DNA of 64,000 nt from an uncultured bacterium (lineage in GTDB: Bacteria > Actinomycetota > Thermoleophilia > Solirubrobacterales > 70-9). Below are positions 1-9,462 of the stretch, in pieces; the stretch's first letter is position 1; the number at the start of each line of letters is the position of its first letter. The notes under the pieces were generated by a model. The model was not told where the DNA came from. It was given only the letters and a program-made list of their open reading frames with translations, and ran no database searches. The stretch covers positions 13,612 to 77,611 of the forward strand of contig CAVWCC010000013.1 in NCBI GenBank assembly GCA_963753385.1. Reading direction: 5' to 3'. The position numbers and the translations under genes were made by a program.

Positions 1-1092
1 CGGACACGTCCAGCGAGGATCCGGCCCAGATCTACTACACGTCGGGAACGACTGGACTCGCGAAGGGGATCCTTCACGCGCACCGTTACATCCTTGCCCA
101 CGAGGAGTTCACCTACTGCCATGGGGTCGAGGACGGCGAGCTCTTCCACGGCATGGGCGAGTGGGCCTGGGCTGCCGGGATCGCTCCCCTGCTCGGTCCG
201 TGGCGCCTGGGCGCCACCCAGTTCGTCTACCGCAGGAAGGGAGGGTTCGACCCGCACGAGCAGCTCGAGGTGCTCTCGCGGCACAGCGTCACCAACGTGT
301 TCACGACGCCGACCGCGATGCGCTCGATGATGGCGATCGAGGACGCGGGCGAGCGCTACCCACAGCGCTTCCGGCGCGTGTGCTCGGCCGGTGAGCCGCT
401 CAATCCGGAGGCGATCCGCTGGTTTCGCGACCAGTACGGGGTCACGGTGCTTGACTACTACGGCCTCTCGGAGTCCTATCCCCTATGCGCCAACTATCCG
501 TTCATGGAAGTGCGCGAGGGATCGATGGGGAAGCCGATGCCCGGATGGGACGTGCAGATCCTCGACGAGGACGAGAAGCCGGTCGACGTCGGTGACGCGG
601 GGCGAGATCTGCCTGCGGGCCCGATCGAATCCCCACTATCCGCTCGGCTACTGGCGAAATCCAGAGGCCACCCGTGAGGACTTCGAGGGGGAGTGGTTCC
701 ACACCAAGGACGCAGCGGAGACCGATCCTGACGGGTACTTCTGGTACGCCGGGCGCGCCGACGACGTGATCATCTCGGCCGGATACAGGATCGGTCCGTT
801 CGAGGTGGAGTCGGCCTGCATCGAGCACCCCGCCGTCCGCGAGGCGGCGGCGGTCGCCTCCCCGGATGAGCGGCGCGGAAACGTGGTCAAGGCCTTCATC
901 GTCCTCGCGGAGGGGAGCGCGCCATCCGACGAGCTCGCCGAGGAGATCAAGGGGTTCGTCCGCGGAAACCTCTCCGCCTACGCGTATCCCCGAAGGATCG
1001 AGTTCGTTTCCGAGCTGCCGAAGACCCTGACCGGCAAGATCCGAAGGATTGAGCTGCGCGAATCCGAGCGCGAATCACCGAGCGCGTACTAG
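1..1092 (+). pseudogene. AMP-dependent acyl-CoA synthetase/ligase, 5' end cut by the window edge, one frameshift near nt 600
   Basis: Reading from nt 3 gives DPAQIYYTSGTTGLAKG, the AMP-binding motif, continued by ORF 153..677. ORF 391..1092 in another frame carries GEICLRA...WFHTKD...GRADDVIISAGYRIGPFEVE...LPKTLTGKIRR. The frame switch falls at a G-run, GCGGGGC, at ~597-603. Confidence 0.85.
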
Positions 1093-1142
1093 CTCGACCC
1101 TGGAGTTCACCCCGCGCGATCAGGGTCTGCATGAGCGGGGAG

Positions 1143-1586
1143 CTAGGGACGCGTCGTTCGGGTCTCGGTCCAGTCGACGTAGAGCTTGCGCTCGGCGAAG
1201 AGCCAGGTGCCGGCGCGCTTGACGAACGTGTCGTGATACCGAAGGGAGGCGATCATCAGCTTGCGCTCGCCGTCCTCGACGTAGAGGTGGTGGGCGAGGC
1301 AGTAGCTCTCGCCGGTCGCTCGATCCCCCTCGAACACGATGGTGCTCTGGCCATTGAAATGGGTCGTCGCCTCGTACCGGTTGAGGTCGGCGAAGACCGG
1401 CGTCAGCGCCTCGCGGCCATTGAGCTCCTGCGATGGCTCGGTGCCCTCCCCGTCCATGTAGACGACGAAGTGGGTGTCCTCGGTGAAGAGCGCCTTCTGT
1501 CCCTCGGCATCCCGGCGATCGGCGCAGTGCGCGTAGTCGTCGACGAGCGTCCGGATCGCCAAGCGGTCCGTGAGCTCCGCTGACAC
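1143..1586 (-). CDS. SnoaL-like / NTF2-fold protein
   Basis: Intact 147-aa ORF with high GC3. The pattern LAIRTLVDDYAHCADRRD...ALFTEDTHF is typical of the SnoaL_4/NTF2 superfamily. Confidence 0.8.
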   Translation of the reverse strand: MSAELTDRLAIRTLVDDYAHCADRRDAEGQKALFTEDTHFVVYMDGEGTEPSQELNGREALTPVFADLNRYEATTHFNGQSTIVFEGDRATGESYCLAHHLYVEDGERKLMIASLRYHDTFVKRAGTWLFAERKLYVDWTETRTTRP

Positions 1587-1630
1587 TTACCGGACCCCTT
1601 GGCCTTGCAACGCGAGCTTGCGGAGTCGAC

Positions 1631-2104
1631 TCATTGCGAAGCTCCGACCTCAAACGGCTCGGCGCCGACCTCAGTGTGGACGGTCCACGAACCGTCCTTG
1701 CGGAAGCTTTGGGCGGTGGCGTAGCTGTCCTCGAGGAACTGCAGGTAGGTCACCTTCCCGTCGACGACCTTCACGAGGATCGAGAACGGGGAGCTCACCA
1801 CCTTGCCCAGCGAGTTCGACCTGTAGCGGAAGTCGCCGAACACGGCCACGTTCTCGCCGGAGGCAAACATCGTGCTCACGTTGAACGCCTGGTTCTCCCA
1901 GCGGCTGAACATCACGCCGAGGTTGTCGAGGAACGCCTGCGGGCCGTGTGATGTGCCGGCCCACGGCAAGATCTTGTTGAGCTCGGAGTCCTCGGTGTTG
2001 AGTGATACGTAGGTGGCGTCGGGTGCAACCACCCTGTTGACGACGTCGGGGTCCAGCAGGTTCTCCAGCCACTTGCCGACAACCTCGATCGGAGTGGGGG
2101 ACAT
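1631..2104 (-). CDS. SnoaL-like / NTF2-fold protein
   Basis: ORF 1631..2242 trimmed to the ATG at 2104 (MSPTPIEVVGKWLENLL). That ATG lies 1 nt after the stop of the upstream epimerase gene (TGAcATG), so the two genes form an operon. Confidence 0.75.
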   Translation of the reverse strand: MSPTPIEVVGKWLENLLDPDVVNRVVAPDATYVSLNTEDSELNKILPWAGTSHGPQAFLDNLGVMFSRWENQAFNVSTMFASGENVAVFGDFRYRSNSLGKVVSSPFSILVKVVDGKVTYLQFLEDSYATAQSFRKDGSWTVHTEVGAEPFEVGASQ

Positions 2105-2105
2105 G

Positions 2106-3032
2106 TCAGCCTCCCTGTCCATCAGATCCCTGTTCATCGGTTTCTCCTCCGTTGCGGTAGCTCCCATTGCGGAACTCATCGACCAGCCCCGGATGGGAGG
2201 GACGCCAATCGAGCTCCGCTGGGGCCCTGGCCGCGGCCGCATCGCTGCCCTGATCGAGCAGGAGGACCTCGGCGAAGTAGTCGCCCAGGCGTGCCCGAGC
2301 CTCGTCGTCGGAGCCGGGCACCGCGCCCGGTGCGCCGGCGGCGACAGCGGCCGCCTCGGTGAGCTCGGCGACGGTCGGATTCAATCCGTCGCCGATGACG
2401 TAGAGCCCACGGGCCGAGGCATCCTCCAGGACGCGCCGGAAGAAGTTCGCCAGATCAGCAACGTGGACCGTCGACCAGTGCTGTTGCCCCGTCCCGAGCA
2501 TGATCAGGTTGCCGGCGTCGTTTCGGGGCGAGCCGAGAAGAAGCCCGGGAATGCCTCCGCCACCGTCGCCGTAGGCGACGCCGGAGACGATCACAACTCC
2601 GCGCATGCCCTCCGCGTCGAGAACTCGACGCTCGATCGGCTCCCTCCACGACACCAGCGCCGGCGCGTTGCGTGGCGACTCCTCGGTGATGGTGGGGTTG
2701 GCGCCGTAGATCCACTGGCCGCTGATGTGGAGGTAGGCCTTGCCGGTGCCGGCGAAATCGGTCGCCGCATCGACGACCGCGGCGTCCAGGTTCGCGCTTG
2801 TCTCGTCCCCAGGACTGGCCGTGTGGATAGCCCCGTCCGCATCGCTGAACAGCTTCACGACCGCCGGTCGGTCGTAGAGGTCGACGACGGCCGCCGTGGC
2901 GCCATGAGCGGCGACGACGTCGGCCTGGGCGTCGTCGCGGACGAGCGCCATCACCTCATGCCCGTGGTCATGCAATTCCGCCAGGACGTGCGAGCCGATA
3001 AATCCCGTTGCGCCGGTGAGTGCCACTCTCAT
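2106..3032 (-). CDS. NAD-dependent epimerase/dehydratase family protein (atypical SDR)
   Basis: N-terminal Rossmann motif MRVALTGATGFIGSHV; 308 aa; GGAGGA-type RBS upstream of the ATG. Confidence 0.85.
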   Translation of the reverse strand: MRVALTGATGFIGSHVLAELHDHGHEVMALVRDDAQADVVAAHGATAAVVDLYDRPAVVKLFSDADGAIHTASPGDETSANLDAAVVDAATDFAGTGKAYLHISGQWIYGANPTITEESPRNAPALVSWREPIERRVLDAEGMRGVVIVSGVAYGDGGGGIPGLLLGSPRNDAGNLIMLGTGQQHWSTVHVADLANFFRRVLEDASARGLYVIGDGLNPTVAELTEAAAVAAGAPGAVPGSDDEARARLGDYFAEVLLLDQGSDAAAARAPAELDWRPSHPGLVDEFRNGSYRNGGETDEQGSDGQGG

Positions 3033-3064
3033 TTGCCGGTTCCTCCTTGGCCCGAAGTATTAGA

Positions 3065-3120
3065 TCAAGTGCTTGCTTGAGATTATCCCACGCTCAGCAT
3101 CTTGTCAAGCAAATGCTTGA
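3065..3120 (-). promoter_or_regulatory. Near-consensus promoter (-35 TTGACA, 17-nt spacer, -10 TAATCT on the minus strand) bracketed by two 16-bp palindromes, likely TetR operators
   Basis: AT-rich island in a GC-rich genome. Palindromes are TCAAGTGCTTGCTTGA (~3065-3080) and TCAAGCAAATGCTTGA (~3105-3120). The minus strand reads TTGACA (3108-3103), then 17 nt, then TAATCT (3085-3080), about 45 nt upstream of the epimerase ATG. The tetR gene ends at 3147. Confidence 0.55.
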
Positions 3121-3146
3121 AATGTTCTCTGCGAGAGACTCGCGAG

Positions 3147-3770
3147 TCAGCTCGTGCCGCGGAAGGCGCCGGCGAGCACCGGGACCAACAGTCGCTCTAG
3201 CTGCCTTTCGGACTTGTTCCGCAGCTCCGTCCCAACCGGGGCGAGCACGAGCCAGTTCAACATGCCGGCGACGCACCGAGTGCGAAGGTTGAGCTCCTTG
3301 TCCTTGACGTCGGGAACGTTCGCTTTGAGCACACGAAGGCAGTCGGCGCGGATCTGATCGAAGCGGGCGTCAAGTCGATCCCATTCCCGAGGAGGATCGA
3401 TCCCGCTGCGCGCGACGATGCGCATGACTGCGAGATCATGACCGCCCGCGGCGAGGGCGCCGATCATCGGCCGGGAGAAGGCTGCCGCGAGCTCCTGGAG
3501 CGAGGACTCAGGACTGAGCGCGCCAACCGCCTCCTGTTGGGCGTCTAGATAGCGCTCCAACGCATCCTCGATCGCCGCGTCGCAGAGCGATTTCAGCGAA
3601 CCGAAGTGGTAACTCACCGCCGCCACGTTGGCCTCGGCTGCATCCGTCAGCGCGCGGAGGGTGACTCCATCCTCGCCCCGTTGGGCGAGCAGGTCCAACG
3701 CGGCATCCATCAGCCGCGCGCGTGTTCGTAGGCCCGCCTCGCGACGCCGATCCCTTCCAGCCGGTTTCAT
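3147..3770 (-). CDS. TetR/AcrR family transcriptional regulator
   Basis: 207 aa with an N-terminal HTH: TRARLMDAALDLLAQRGEDGVTLRALTDAAEANVAAVSYHFGSL. Confidence 0.9.
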   Translation of the reverse strand: MKPAGRDRRREAGLRTRARLMDAALDLLAQRGEDGVTLRALTDAAEANVAAVSYHFGSLKSLCDAAIEDALERYLDAQQEAVGALSPESSLQELAAAFSRPMIGALAAGGHDLAVMRIVARSGIDPPREWDRLDARFDQIRADCLRVLKANVPDVKDKELNLRTRCVAGMLNWLVLAPVGTELRNKSERQLERLLVPVLAGAFRGTS

Positions 3771-3864
3771 CCCAACCTAATTCAATCAGATGCTTAAACA
3801 TGTCTCAATGCGAGATCGGAGCGGGCATGAACGAGGCATCCGAGGTTCCATTCGAGGGCGTGGC

Positions 3865-5106
3865 CTAGTCGGATTCCGGCGCGTCCCCGGTCGTCCGCAG
3901 AGTTCGGGCGAACGCAAAGGACCAAGTCGCGACCAGGACCAAGGCAAGCAGCGTCGCGAGCAGCCAGGGCGCCGGACGGGCCCAGCCGATCGCGAGCGCG
4001 GCCGCCGCACCGACCACCAACGCCACCGCGAGCGGGCGGTAGAGAGCGGCGAGCCTCCGGTAGTCGACCAGAGTGACGATCGTCGGCACGAGCGCGATCA
4101 GCACCGCCGCGACCGAGCCGGCCAGCAACCAGCTCGAGGGCTCGGGCGTGCGGGCGTCGGCGGCGTGCTCGATCAGGCTCACCATGCCGGCGCCCGCGGC
4201 CGCCACCGCGAGCGCGATCGGAAGTTGGCTGTAGAGCCACAGCGCGAGTGAGCCTCCGTCCTGCCGCGGCAGCCGGCGCCCGACGTAGTCGAAGTAGGTC
4301 CACCAGAAGCCGAAGGCGATGGTGAGGCCGAGCACGGCCGTCGCGGCCGTGCGGAAGTCGAGGTCCTCGACCGCCAGCATCCCGTCGACGACGCCGAGGA
4401 CCACCTCGCCGAGGACGATGATGATGAACAGTCCGTAGCGCTCGACCATCGAGTGGGTGGCGCGAATCCCGAGCGAGTCGTCGGGAAAACGCAGCAGGTA
4501 AACGACGACGATCCCGATCGAGCCGACGACGACGGCGGCCCAGACGGCCAGCCGCGCGCTGTCCTCCATGCCCGAGCTGGCGAGCACGGCTGCGATCGCC
4601 ACCACGAGGCCGGCGAGGTAGCGCAGCGCTCCCGGACGGTATTCGGGTCCGTCGGTCCGGTACACGGAGACCCATTGCCAGAGGAGCACCGCGAGGAGCA
4701 CCGCGTACGTGAGTGCAAACGCTTCCCCGTCTGTGCTCGCGGCGTGCCCGGCGAAGACGGCGAGCACCGTAAGGATCCCCATCTGCAGGAAGATGAATGA
4801 GCGGTTGCGACCGTCCTCGCGGCCGTGCAGCTCGTGGAACTGGGCGCCGTTGAACCAGCCGATCCAGATCAGCCCGAAGACGACAACGAAATCGAGGACA
4901 CCTGACCACGAGACGTCCTCGGCCAGCGTGTGTGCAATCTGACCGACAAGCACCACGTAGACGAGGTCGTAAAAGAGCTCAAGGAAGCTGACCGTGCGGT
5001 CCTCAATCACCTCGCCGTGGGGCCGGGGCGGTTGCAGGAACCAACGACGCAGGCCCGCACCCAGCGTCATCGGTGGACCGGCGTCCCCTCCACTGCGCTC
5101 GCTCAT
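3865..5106 (-). CDS. Low-temperature-requirement LtrA-like integral membrane protein
   Basis: ORF 3865..5220. It carries VSFLELFYDLVYVVLVGQIAH followed by many hydrophobic segments. I prefer the ATG at 5106, which is preceded by GAGGAGG; a start at 5220 is also possible. Confidence 0.75.
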   Translation of the reverse strand: MSERSGGDAGPPMTLGAGLRRWFLQPPRPHGEVIEDRTVSFLELFYDLVYVVLVGQIAHTLAEDVSWSGVLDFVVVFGLIWIGWFNGAQFHELHGREDGRNRSFIFLQMGILTVLAVFAGHAASTDGEAFALTYAVLLAVLLWQWVSVYRTDGPEYRPGALRYLAGLVVAIAAVLASSGMEDSARLAVWAAVVVGSIGIVVVYLLRFPDDSLGIRATHSMVERYGLFIIIVLGEVVLGVVDGMLAVEDLDFRTAATAVLGLTIAFGFWWTYFDYVGRRLPRQDGGSLALWLYSQLPIALAVAAAGAGMVSLIEHAADARTPEPSSWLLAGSVAAVLIALVPTIVTLVDYRRLAALYRPLAVALVVGAAAALAIGWARPAPWLLATLLALVLVATWSFAFARTLRTTGDAPESD

Positions 5107-5270
5107 CTCGCGCGCCTCCTCGATAGCTCGGCGGGCGAACTGTACGTCGTCCCCGATAGTCCTCAGTTGGGCCTGGCCCCCTCGGGATGTCGCGGGTGAG
5201 CAACGCATCGCGTTGTCCATCTGAACCGGTCCCGTTCGTCTTATGGGTAAAGCGGCGGAAAGGAAGAACG

Positions 5271-6053
5271 ATGCAGAGCAGCAACAGAAGCCAGAAGGTT
5301 GCCGTCACGGGAGCCACGGGGCGGGTGGGCTCCCACCTCGTCGAGATCCTCGAGCAGCGCGGGCACGATGTGGTGCCGATCGCGCGCTCCAAGGGTGTGG
5401 ACGTGGTCAGCGGCGAGGGCCTCGACGAGGCGCTTGCCGGGGCCGAGACGATCATCGACACGGCCACCGGGCCTTCGCCCGACCAGGAGGAGGCGACCGC
5501 GTTCTTCACCGCCTCGGCGCGGAACCTGCAGCGAGCCGGCGCCGCAGCCGGCGCGAAGCGGATCGTCGTCGTCTCGATCATCGGAATCGACAAGTTCGAG
5601 GGCGGCTACAACGCCGCGAAGGTCGCGCAGGAGCAGGCGCTGCTCGAAGGACCGCTCCCGGTCCGGATCGTTCGCGCGGCCCAGTTCCACGAGTTCGTCG
5701 ACCAACTGGTCGGGTGGATGGTCCAGGACGGCGTCGCCCACCTGCCCGAGTTCCGGACGCAGCTCGTGGCCGCCCGCGTCGTCGCCGAAGCGCTCGCCGA
5801 TGCGGCCGAGGAGCCGGAGATCGAGAACGGCCGGATCACCGAGGTCGCCGGCCCGCGGGAGGAGCGGCTCGCCGATGTGGCGGCGGCGCTCTTCGCCAGC
5901 CGAGGTGAGTCATTCGAGATCCGCGAGGGCACCCCAGCGGGCGACGACCCGGACGCCGTGGCCTACGCGGAGGGCGCCGCGCTACCGAACCCGGGCGCGA
6001 AGCTCGCCGGCCCCAGCTTCGGAGAATGGCTCGGGGCGGCCGACCGGGGTTGA
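5271..6053 (+). CDS. NAD(P)-binding NmrA-like / SDR family oxidoreductase
   Basis: ORF 5187..6053 trimmed to the ATG at 5271, preceded by GGAAAGGAAG. N-terminus is KVAVTGATGRVGSHLVEIL. Confidence 0.8.
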   Translation: MQSSNRSQKVAVTGATGRVGSHLVEILEQRGHDVVPIARSKGVDVVSGEGLDEALAGAETIIDTATGPSPDQEEATAFFTASARNLQRAGAAAGAKRIVVVSIIGIDKFEGGYNAAKVAQEQALLEGPLPVRIVRAAQFHEFVDQLVGWMVQDGVAHLPEFRTQLVAARVVAEALADAAEEPEIENGRITEVAGPREERLADVAAALFASRGESFEIREGTPAGDDPDAVAYAEGAALPNPGAKLAGPSFGEWLGAADRG

Positions 6054-6068
6054 CGCCGACCGGTGTCT

Positions 6069-8114
6069 TTAGGGCGCCGCTGCGGATTCGGCACGCGACC
6101 ACATTCGGAGGTATGCCTCGGCGCCATTGGCCATGTCCTCAACGATCTGCTGCCCGCCGACCATGCGGAGGTCCTCGATCCAGTCCGGATAGAGGCCGTA
6201 GTGGTCGACGCCGTCGATGTTGATGTCGTAGACGCGGGTTCCCGACCGCTGGCGGTCGATCAGGCTGCCGCCGTCGAACGAGCGGAACGGGTAGGTGACC
6301 GGGTTCGCCGCGGCGCCTGGGCGGGGCGGAGGCTGGGAGTGAAGGCCGTTGATGTCTGACCCGAAACCGGTGCCGAAGAAACGGCTCGGGTCACGGTTCG
6401 CACGGGCGAACTGCCATTCCTCCACGAACGTGGTGGCCACGCTCGAGATCGGGCCGACGATTCCGCCGAGCCGCTGCAGGCGCTTCTGGCTGCCGGGATC
6501 GCCCCAGGAGTGGCTCGAGATCACGCCGGGGTAGCCCTGTGACTCGAGGATCGTCAGGACTTGGCGCCGCGCCTTCATGCTCAGGTGGTCCGTCTCGACG
6601 ATCATGCCCCTGCTCATCATCGAGCGAATCACGTGCTCGCCCAGGGCCGTGAGGCCCTTCGGGTTGCAGTGCGGTCCGGGCGGGTAGACCGGCAGCTGGC
6701 CCTGGAACAGGGGGAGGGTGAGCACGGGCCCGAAGAGCGTCGCCATCAGCTGGGCTTCCTGGTTGCCGATCGGGGTCGGCGTGTTGTCGTGATCCGGGTC
6801 GTCACAGTGGTCCGCGGTCCAGAACCGGCCGGTGGCGTACTTGTTGCCCGTGTTGACGAGCACGCCCGTGGCCCCGCTGTCGAACCGCGTGCCACCGAGC
6901 GCGTTGTCGAACTTGTGGACGGGGAACATCGAGCGGACGCCGGCGGCGTAGAGCTTGTCGAGCTCGCGGTCGATCTGCGCCGTGTCGCATCGCGGTGTGC
7001 CGTTGAACTGGCCGCAGTCGAGCACTTCGGAGACCTCGATCCCGAGCACGACCGCGAGCTTGCCCTGGTTGATGACCCGGCGCGCCTGCGCGGAGGTCGT
7101 GACCAACCGGAAGAACCCCTTTCCGGGACCGCCGAACTGAGCGTCGATGTAGTCCTGCAGCGCGAGCATGTCTTTGGCCTGCTGATAGGCGCTGGTCATC
7201 TCGTTGCAGTTGTTTTGCTTCAACGGATAGAGCTCGCAGAGGGCACGGTTCTCGACCAGGTCGGTGACCATGAGCCGCAGCCCGGACCGCCACGCGCGCT
7301 CGATCCACTTCCAATAGGTGCCCTCATGGGATTGCGACTCGTCGCGCGGCCACCCGGCAAAGCTCGGCCAGCCCTCCGGACTGTGTGTGCCGACTGGGCT
7401 GCCGGTGCTGATGAAGTTCTCGACCAGCGCACCGGCCCCATTGGGGAAGTGGTCGGCGCAATCCTTGAGTGCGACCGTCACCCCATAGGGGCTCCAAGGC
7501 CGGCCGCAGTGGAAGCGCCCGCCGAGGAACTGGAAGGCGCCGAGGTGGATGTGGTCGTCGAGGAAGCCCCGCACCTTGGCGGTCGGGCTCGAGCCCTTGA
7601 AGGGCACGCCGGTGACGTTCACCTCCACTTCGGGAAACACGGAGCAGCCCTGCGCTGGCACGAAGCGCCACCGCGCCGGGCCGTCGGCCACCTGACGCAC
7701 TCGCCCCGCGGCGCCGACCCCGAGGTGCTGGCCGGTGGCCACGCTGATGAGCCGCAGCTTGCCGCCGGCGTCCTGCAGCTGCCAGTCAGCGGCAGCACCG
7801 GGTGCTGAGGTGGATCCGACCCCGTTCAGCGGAGTCGTGGCGGGCATGCGGCGGTCAGGGCCGTAGAGCAGGTAGCGCCCGAGCGCGGTGGCCTGCATCC
7901 GAAACGGGGTCGCGCTCCCCACGTTTGGCGCCGTGGCCGTGTAGCCCAGCGCATCACGGACGACGTATTGACTCGTCGTCGTGTCGCGAAGGACGTAGCA
8001 CCCGTTGGCGAACGAGTAGACGTCAATCGGAGTCGCGGACGCCGGCGGCACGGCGACAGCGCCGGCAAGCAGGCACGTCACAACGGCCGTTGCCCTCCGA
8101 AGCCTCCGTGCCAT
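6069..8114 (-). CDS. Secreted metal-dependent hydrolase, renal-dipeptidase (M19)/amidohydrolase-like TIM barrel with an N-terminal extra domain
   Basis: 681 aa with a signal peptide, MARRLRRATAVVTCLLAGAVAVPPASA. The motifs DDHIHLG, VETDHLS, ISSHSW and GFGSDINGL resemble metal ligands and the GSDFDG motif of membrane dipeptidases. The family assignment is tentative. Confidence 0.6.
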   Translation of the reverse strand: MARRLRRATAVVTCLLAGAVAVPPASATPIDVYSFANGCYVLRDTTTSQYVVRDALGYTATAPNVGSATPFRMQATALGRYLLYGPDRRMPATTPLNGVGSTSAPGAAADWQLQDAGGKLRLISVATGQHLGVGAAGRVRQVADGPARWRFVPAQGCSVFPEVEVNVTGVPFKGSSPTAKVRGFLDDHIHLGAFQFLGGRFHCGRPWSPYGVTVALKDCADHFPNGAGALVENFISTGSPVGTHSPEGWPSFAGWPRDESQSHEGTYWKWIERAWRSGLRLMVTDLVENRALCELYPLKQNNCNEMTSAYQQAKDMLALQDYIDAQFGGPGKGFFRLVTTSAQARRVINQGKLAVVLGIEVSEVLDCGQFNGTPRCDTAQIDRELDKLYAAGVRSMFPVHKFDNALGGTRFDSGATGVLVNTGNKYATGRFWTADHCDDPDHDNTPTPIGNQEAQLMATLFGPVLTLPLFQGQLPVYPPGPHCNPKGLTALGEHVIRSMMSRGMIVETDHLSMKARRQVLTILESQGYPGVISSHSWGDPGSQKRLQRLGGIVGPISSVATTFVEEWQFARANRDPSRFFGTGFGSDINGLHSQPPPRPGAAANPVTYPFRSFDGGSLIDRQRSGTRVYDINIDGVDHYGLYPDWIEDLRMVGGQQIVEDMANGAEAYLRMWSRAESAAAP

Positions 8115-8141
8115 GCGGGGCAGGCTACCGGTTACGGACCG

Positions 8142-8939
8142 CTATTGGGAGGTTTTGGCCGGTTCCGCAACCCTCTCGCGGCGGTGCTCGGCGAAGAGCG
8201 CCAGCGCGTAGCGTCCGGCGGGGTGCTCGCGCGCGCGTTCGACTAGCGCGGCCGTATGGGCGGGCAGAGTTTCGGGCTGCGGGAGCGGGACGCCGTACAC
8301 GGGAGGAACGACCACCGAGGCCGAGAGCGCCGCAAAGGTCAGGTCGGCGGCGCCGAAGCGCTCACCGCACAGGTGCTTGCGGTCGGCAAGCCGCTCGGCG
8401 ACGAAGTCGAACTCGCGCCAGACCGCGGCCTCGTCTTCGACCTCGAGCCCTGGACGGATGCCGAGCTCGCGCCGCACCCATCGCACGGCGAGCGGCCATC
8501 CGAGGCGAAGCGCTCGATCCTCCCAACGCGGGACGCCCTGGTTGTTGAAGGGCAGCATCTGCTCGGGCTGAGCGAGCGTGTGCACGTACAGCAGTCGCCG
8601 GCCCGTCGGCCCGAGAACCTCGTCGAAACGTCGGCAGAGCCGCTCGACGTCCGCACGCTCGGCCGGGTCGTCGGGGAACAGCCGGTGCTCCGCGGGCGTC
8701 CGCTCGTCAACCCAGGCGACTATCTCCTCCGACTCCCCGAGCACGCCGTCAGGGGTAACGAGGACCGGGACCGTGGCCCCGCCGCCGGCACGGCGGGCCG
8801 CGATCCGGTGGATGCCTTGGACGTGGCGCTCCTCCCGGTACCGGAGTCCGGCGCGATCGAGAGCCCAGCGAGCCTTCTCGCAGTAGTGGCTGATCGGGAT
8901 CGTTATGAGCCGCAGCACCCGCGGGAGGATAGGTCGCAC
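8142..8939 (-). CDS. Glutathione S-transferase-like protein
   Basis: 265 aa with a GTG start after GGAGGG. The N-terminal thioredoxin-like part reads ITIPISHYCEKARWALDRAGLRYREE...VPVLVTPDGVLGESEEIVAWV. Confidence 0.7.
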   Translation of the reverse strand: MRPILPRVLRLITIPISHYCEKARWALDRAGLRYREERHVQGIHRIAARRAGGGATVPVLVTPDGVLGESEEIVAWVDERTPAEHRLFPDDPAERADVERLCRRFDEVLGPTGRRLLYVHTLAQPEQMLPFNNQGVPRWEDRALRLGWPLAVRWVRRELGIRPGLEVEDEAAVWREFDFVAERLADRKHLCGERFGAADLTFAALSASVVVPPVYGVPLPQPETLPAHTAALVERAREHPAGRYALALFAEHRRERVAEPAKTSQ

Positions 8940-9006
8940 GCGTCCCTCCGCACCAGTGGTAGCGTGGCGCCTGGATCGTTCAACGCCAACTCAAGGAGGA
9001 GCTGTG

Positions 9007-9396
9007 ATGGCTGACACGCTCACTGGAACGTGCCTGTGCGGCGGCGTGGAGTACGAGGTTCAGGATCCCCAGGCACTCGGGTACTGCCACTGCACCCGCT
9101 GCCAGCACTGGACGGGCTCGAGCCTTGCGGGGGTCGTCGTCGCCAAGGAGAACTTCGGGTTCACCAAGGGCGGGGACCTCGTCAAGACCTACGAGAGCCA
9201 CCTCGCGCCCCGCAACTTCTGCAGCAACTGCGGGTCCAGCATCTACGACGACCTCGGCGCGGTCTACTTCGTGGCCGCGGGGCTGATGGGCGACCTCGAC
9301 ATGAAGCCGAGCTTCCACCAACAGGTCGCGTACAAGGCCAGCTGGCACGAGATCGGCGACGATGCGCCGCAGTTCGCCGAGATGCCGCCGGGCTGA
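9007..9396 (+). CDS. GFA (glutathione-dependent formaldehyde-activating / CENP-V) family protein
   Basis: Cys-rich zinc motifs CLCGGVEYEV...GYCHCTRCQHWTGS...FCSNCGSS. AAGGAGGA RBS sits directly upstream; GTG at 9004 or ATG at 9007. Confidence 0.85.
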   Translation: MADTLTGTCLCGGVEYEVQDPQALGYCHCTRCQHWTGSSLAGVVVAKENFGFTKGGDLVKTYESHLAPRNFCSNCGSSIYDDLGAVYFVAAGLMGDLDMKPSFHQQVAYKASWHEIGDDAPQFAEMPPG

Positions 9397-9462
9397 CCCG
9401 AGGGCACGCAGGGCTGGGTCAAGCCGCACGACAATCACTGTCCGCGTGACGCGCTGAGGGGA

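Noticed and set aside
6561-7808. Numerous long ORFs antisense to confident genes, for example 6561..7808, 8980..10191, 10372..11595, 15938..17563, 24582..26174, 33611..35530, 36557..37708, 54150..56174 and 59696..60868
   Set aside because: These are typical stop-codon-poor shadow ORFs of very GC-rich DNA. Their products are Arg/Pro/Gly/Ala-rich without motifs, and the opposite strand carries unmistakable family signatures.
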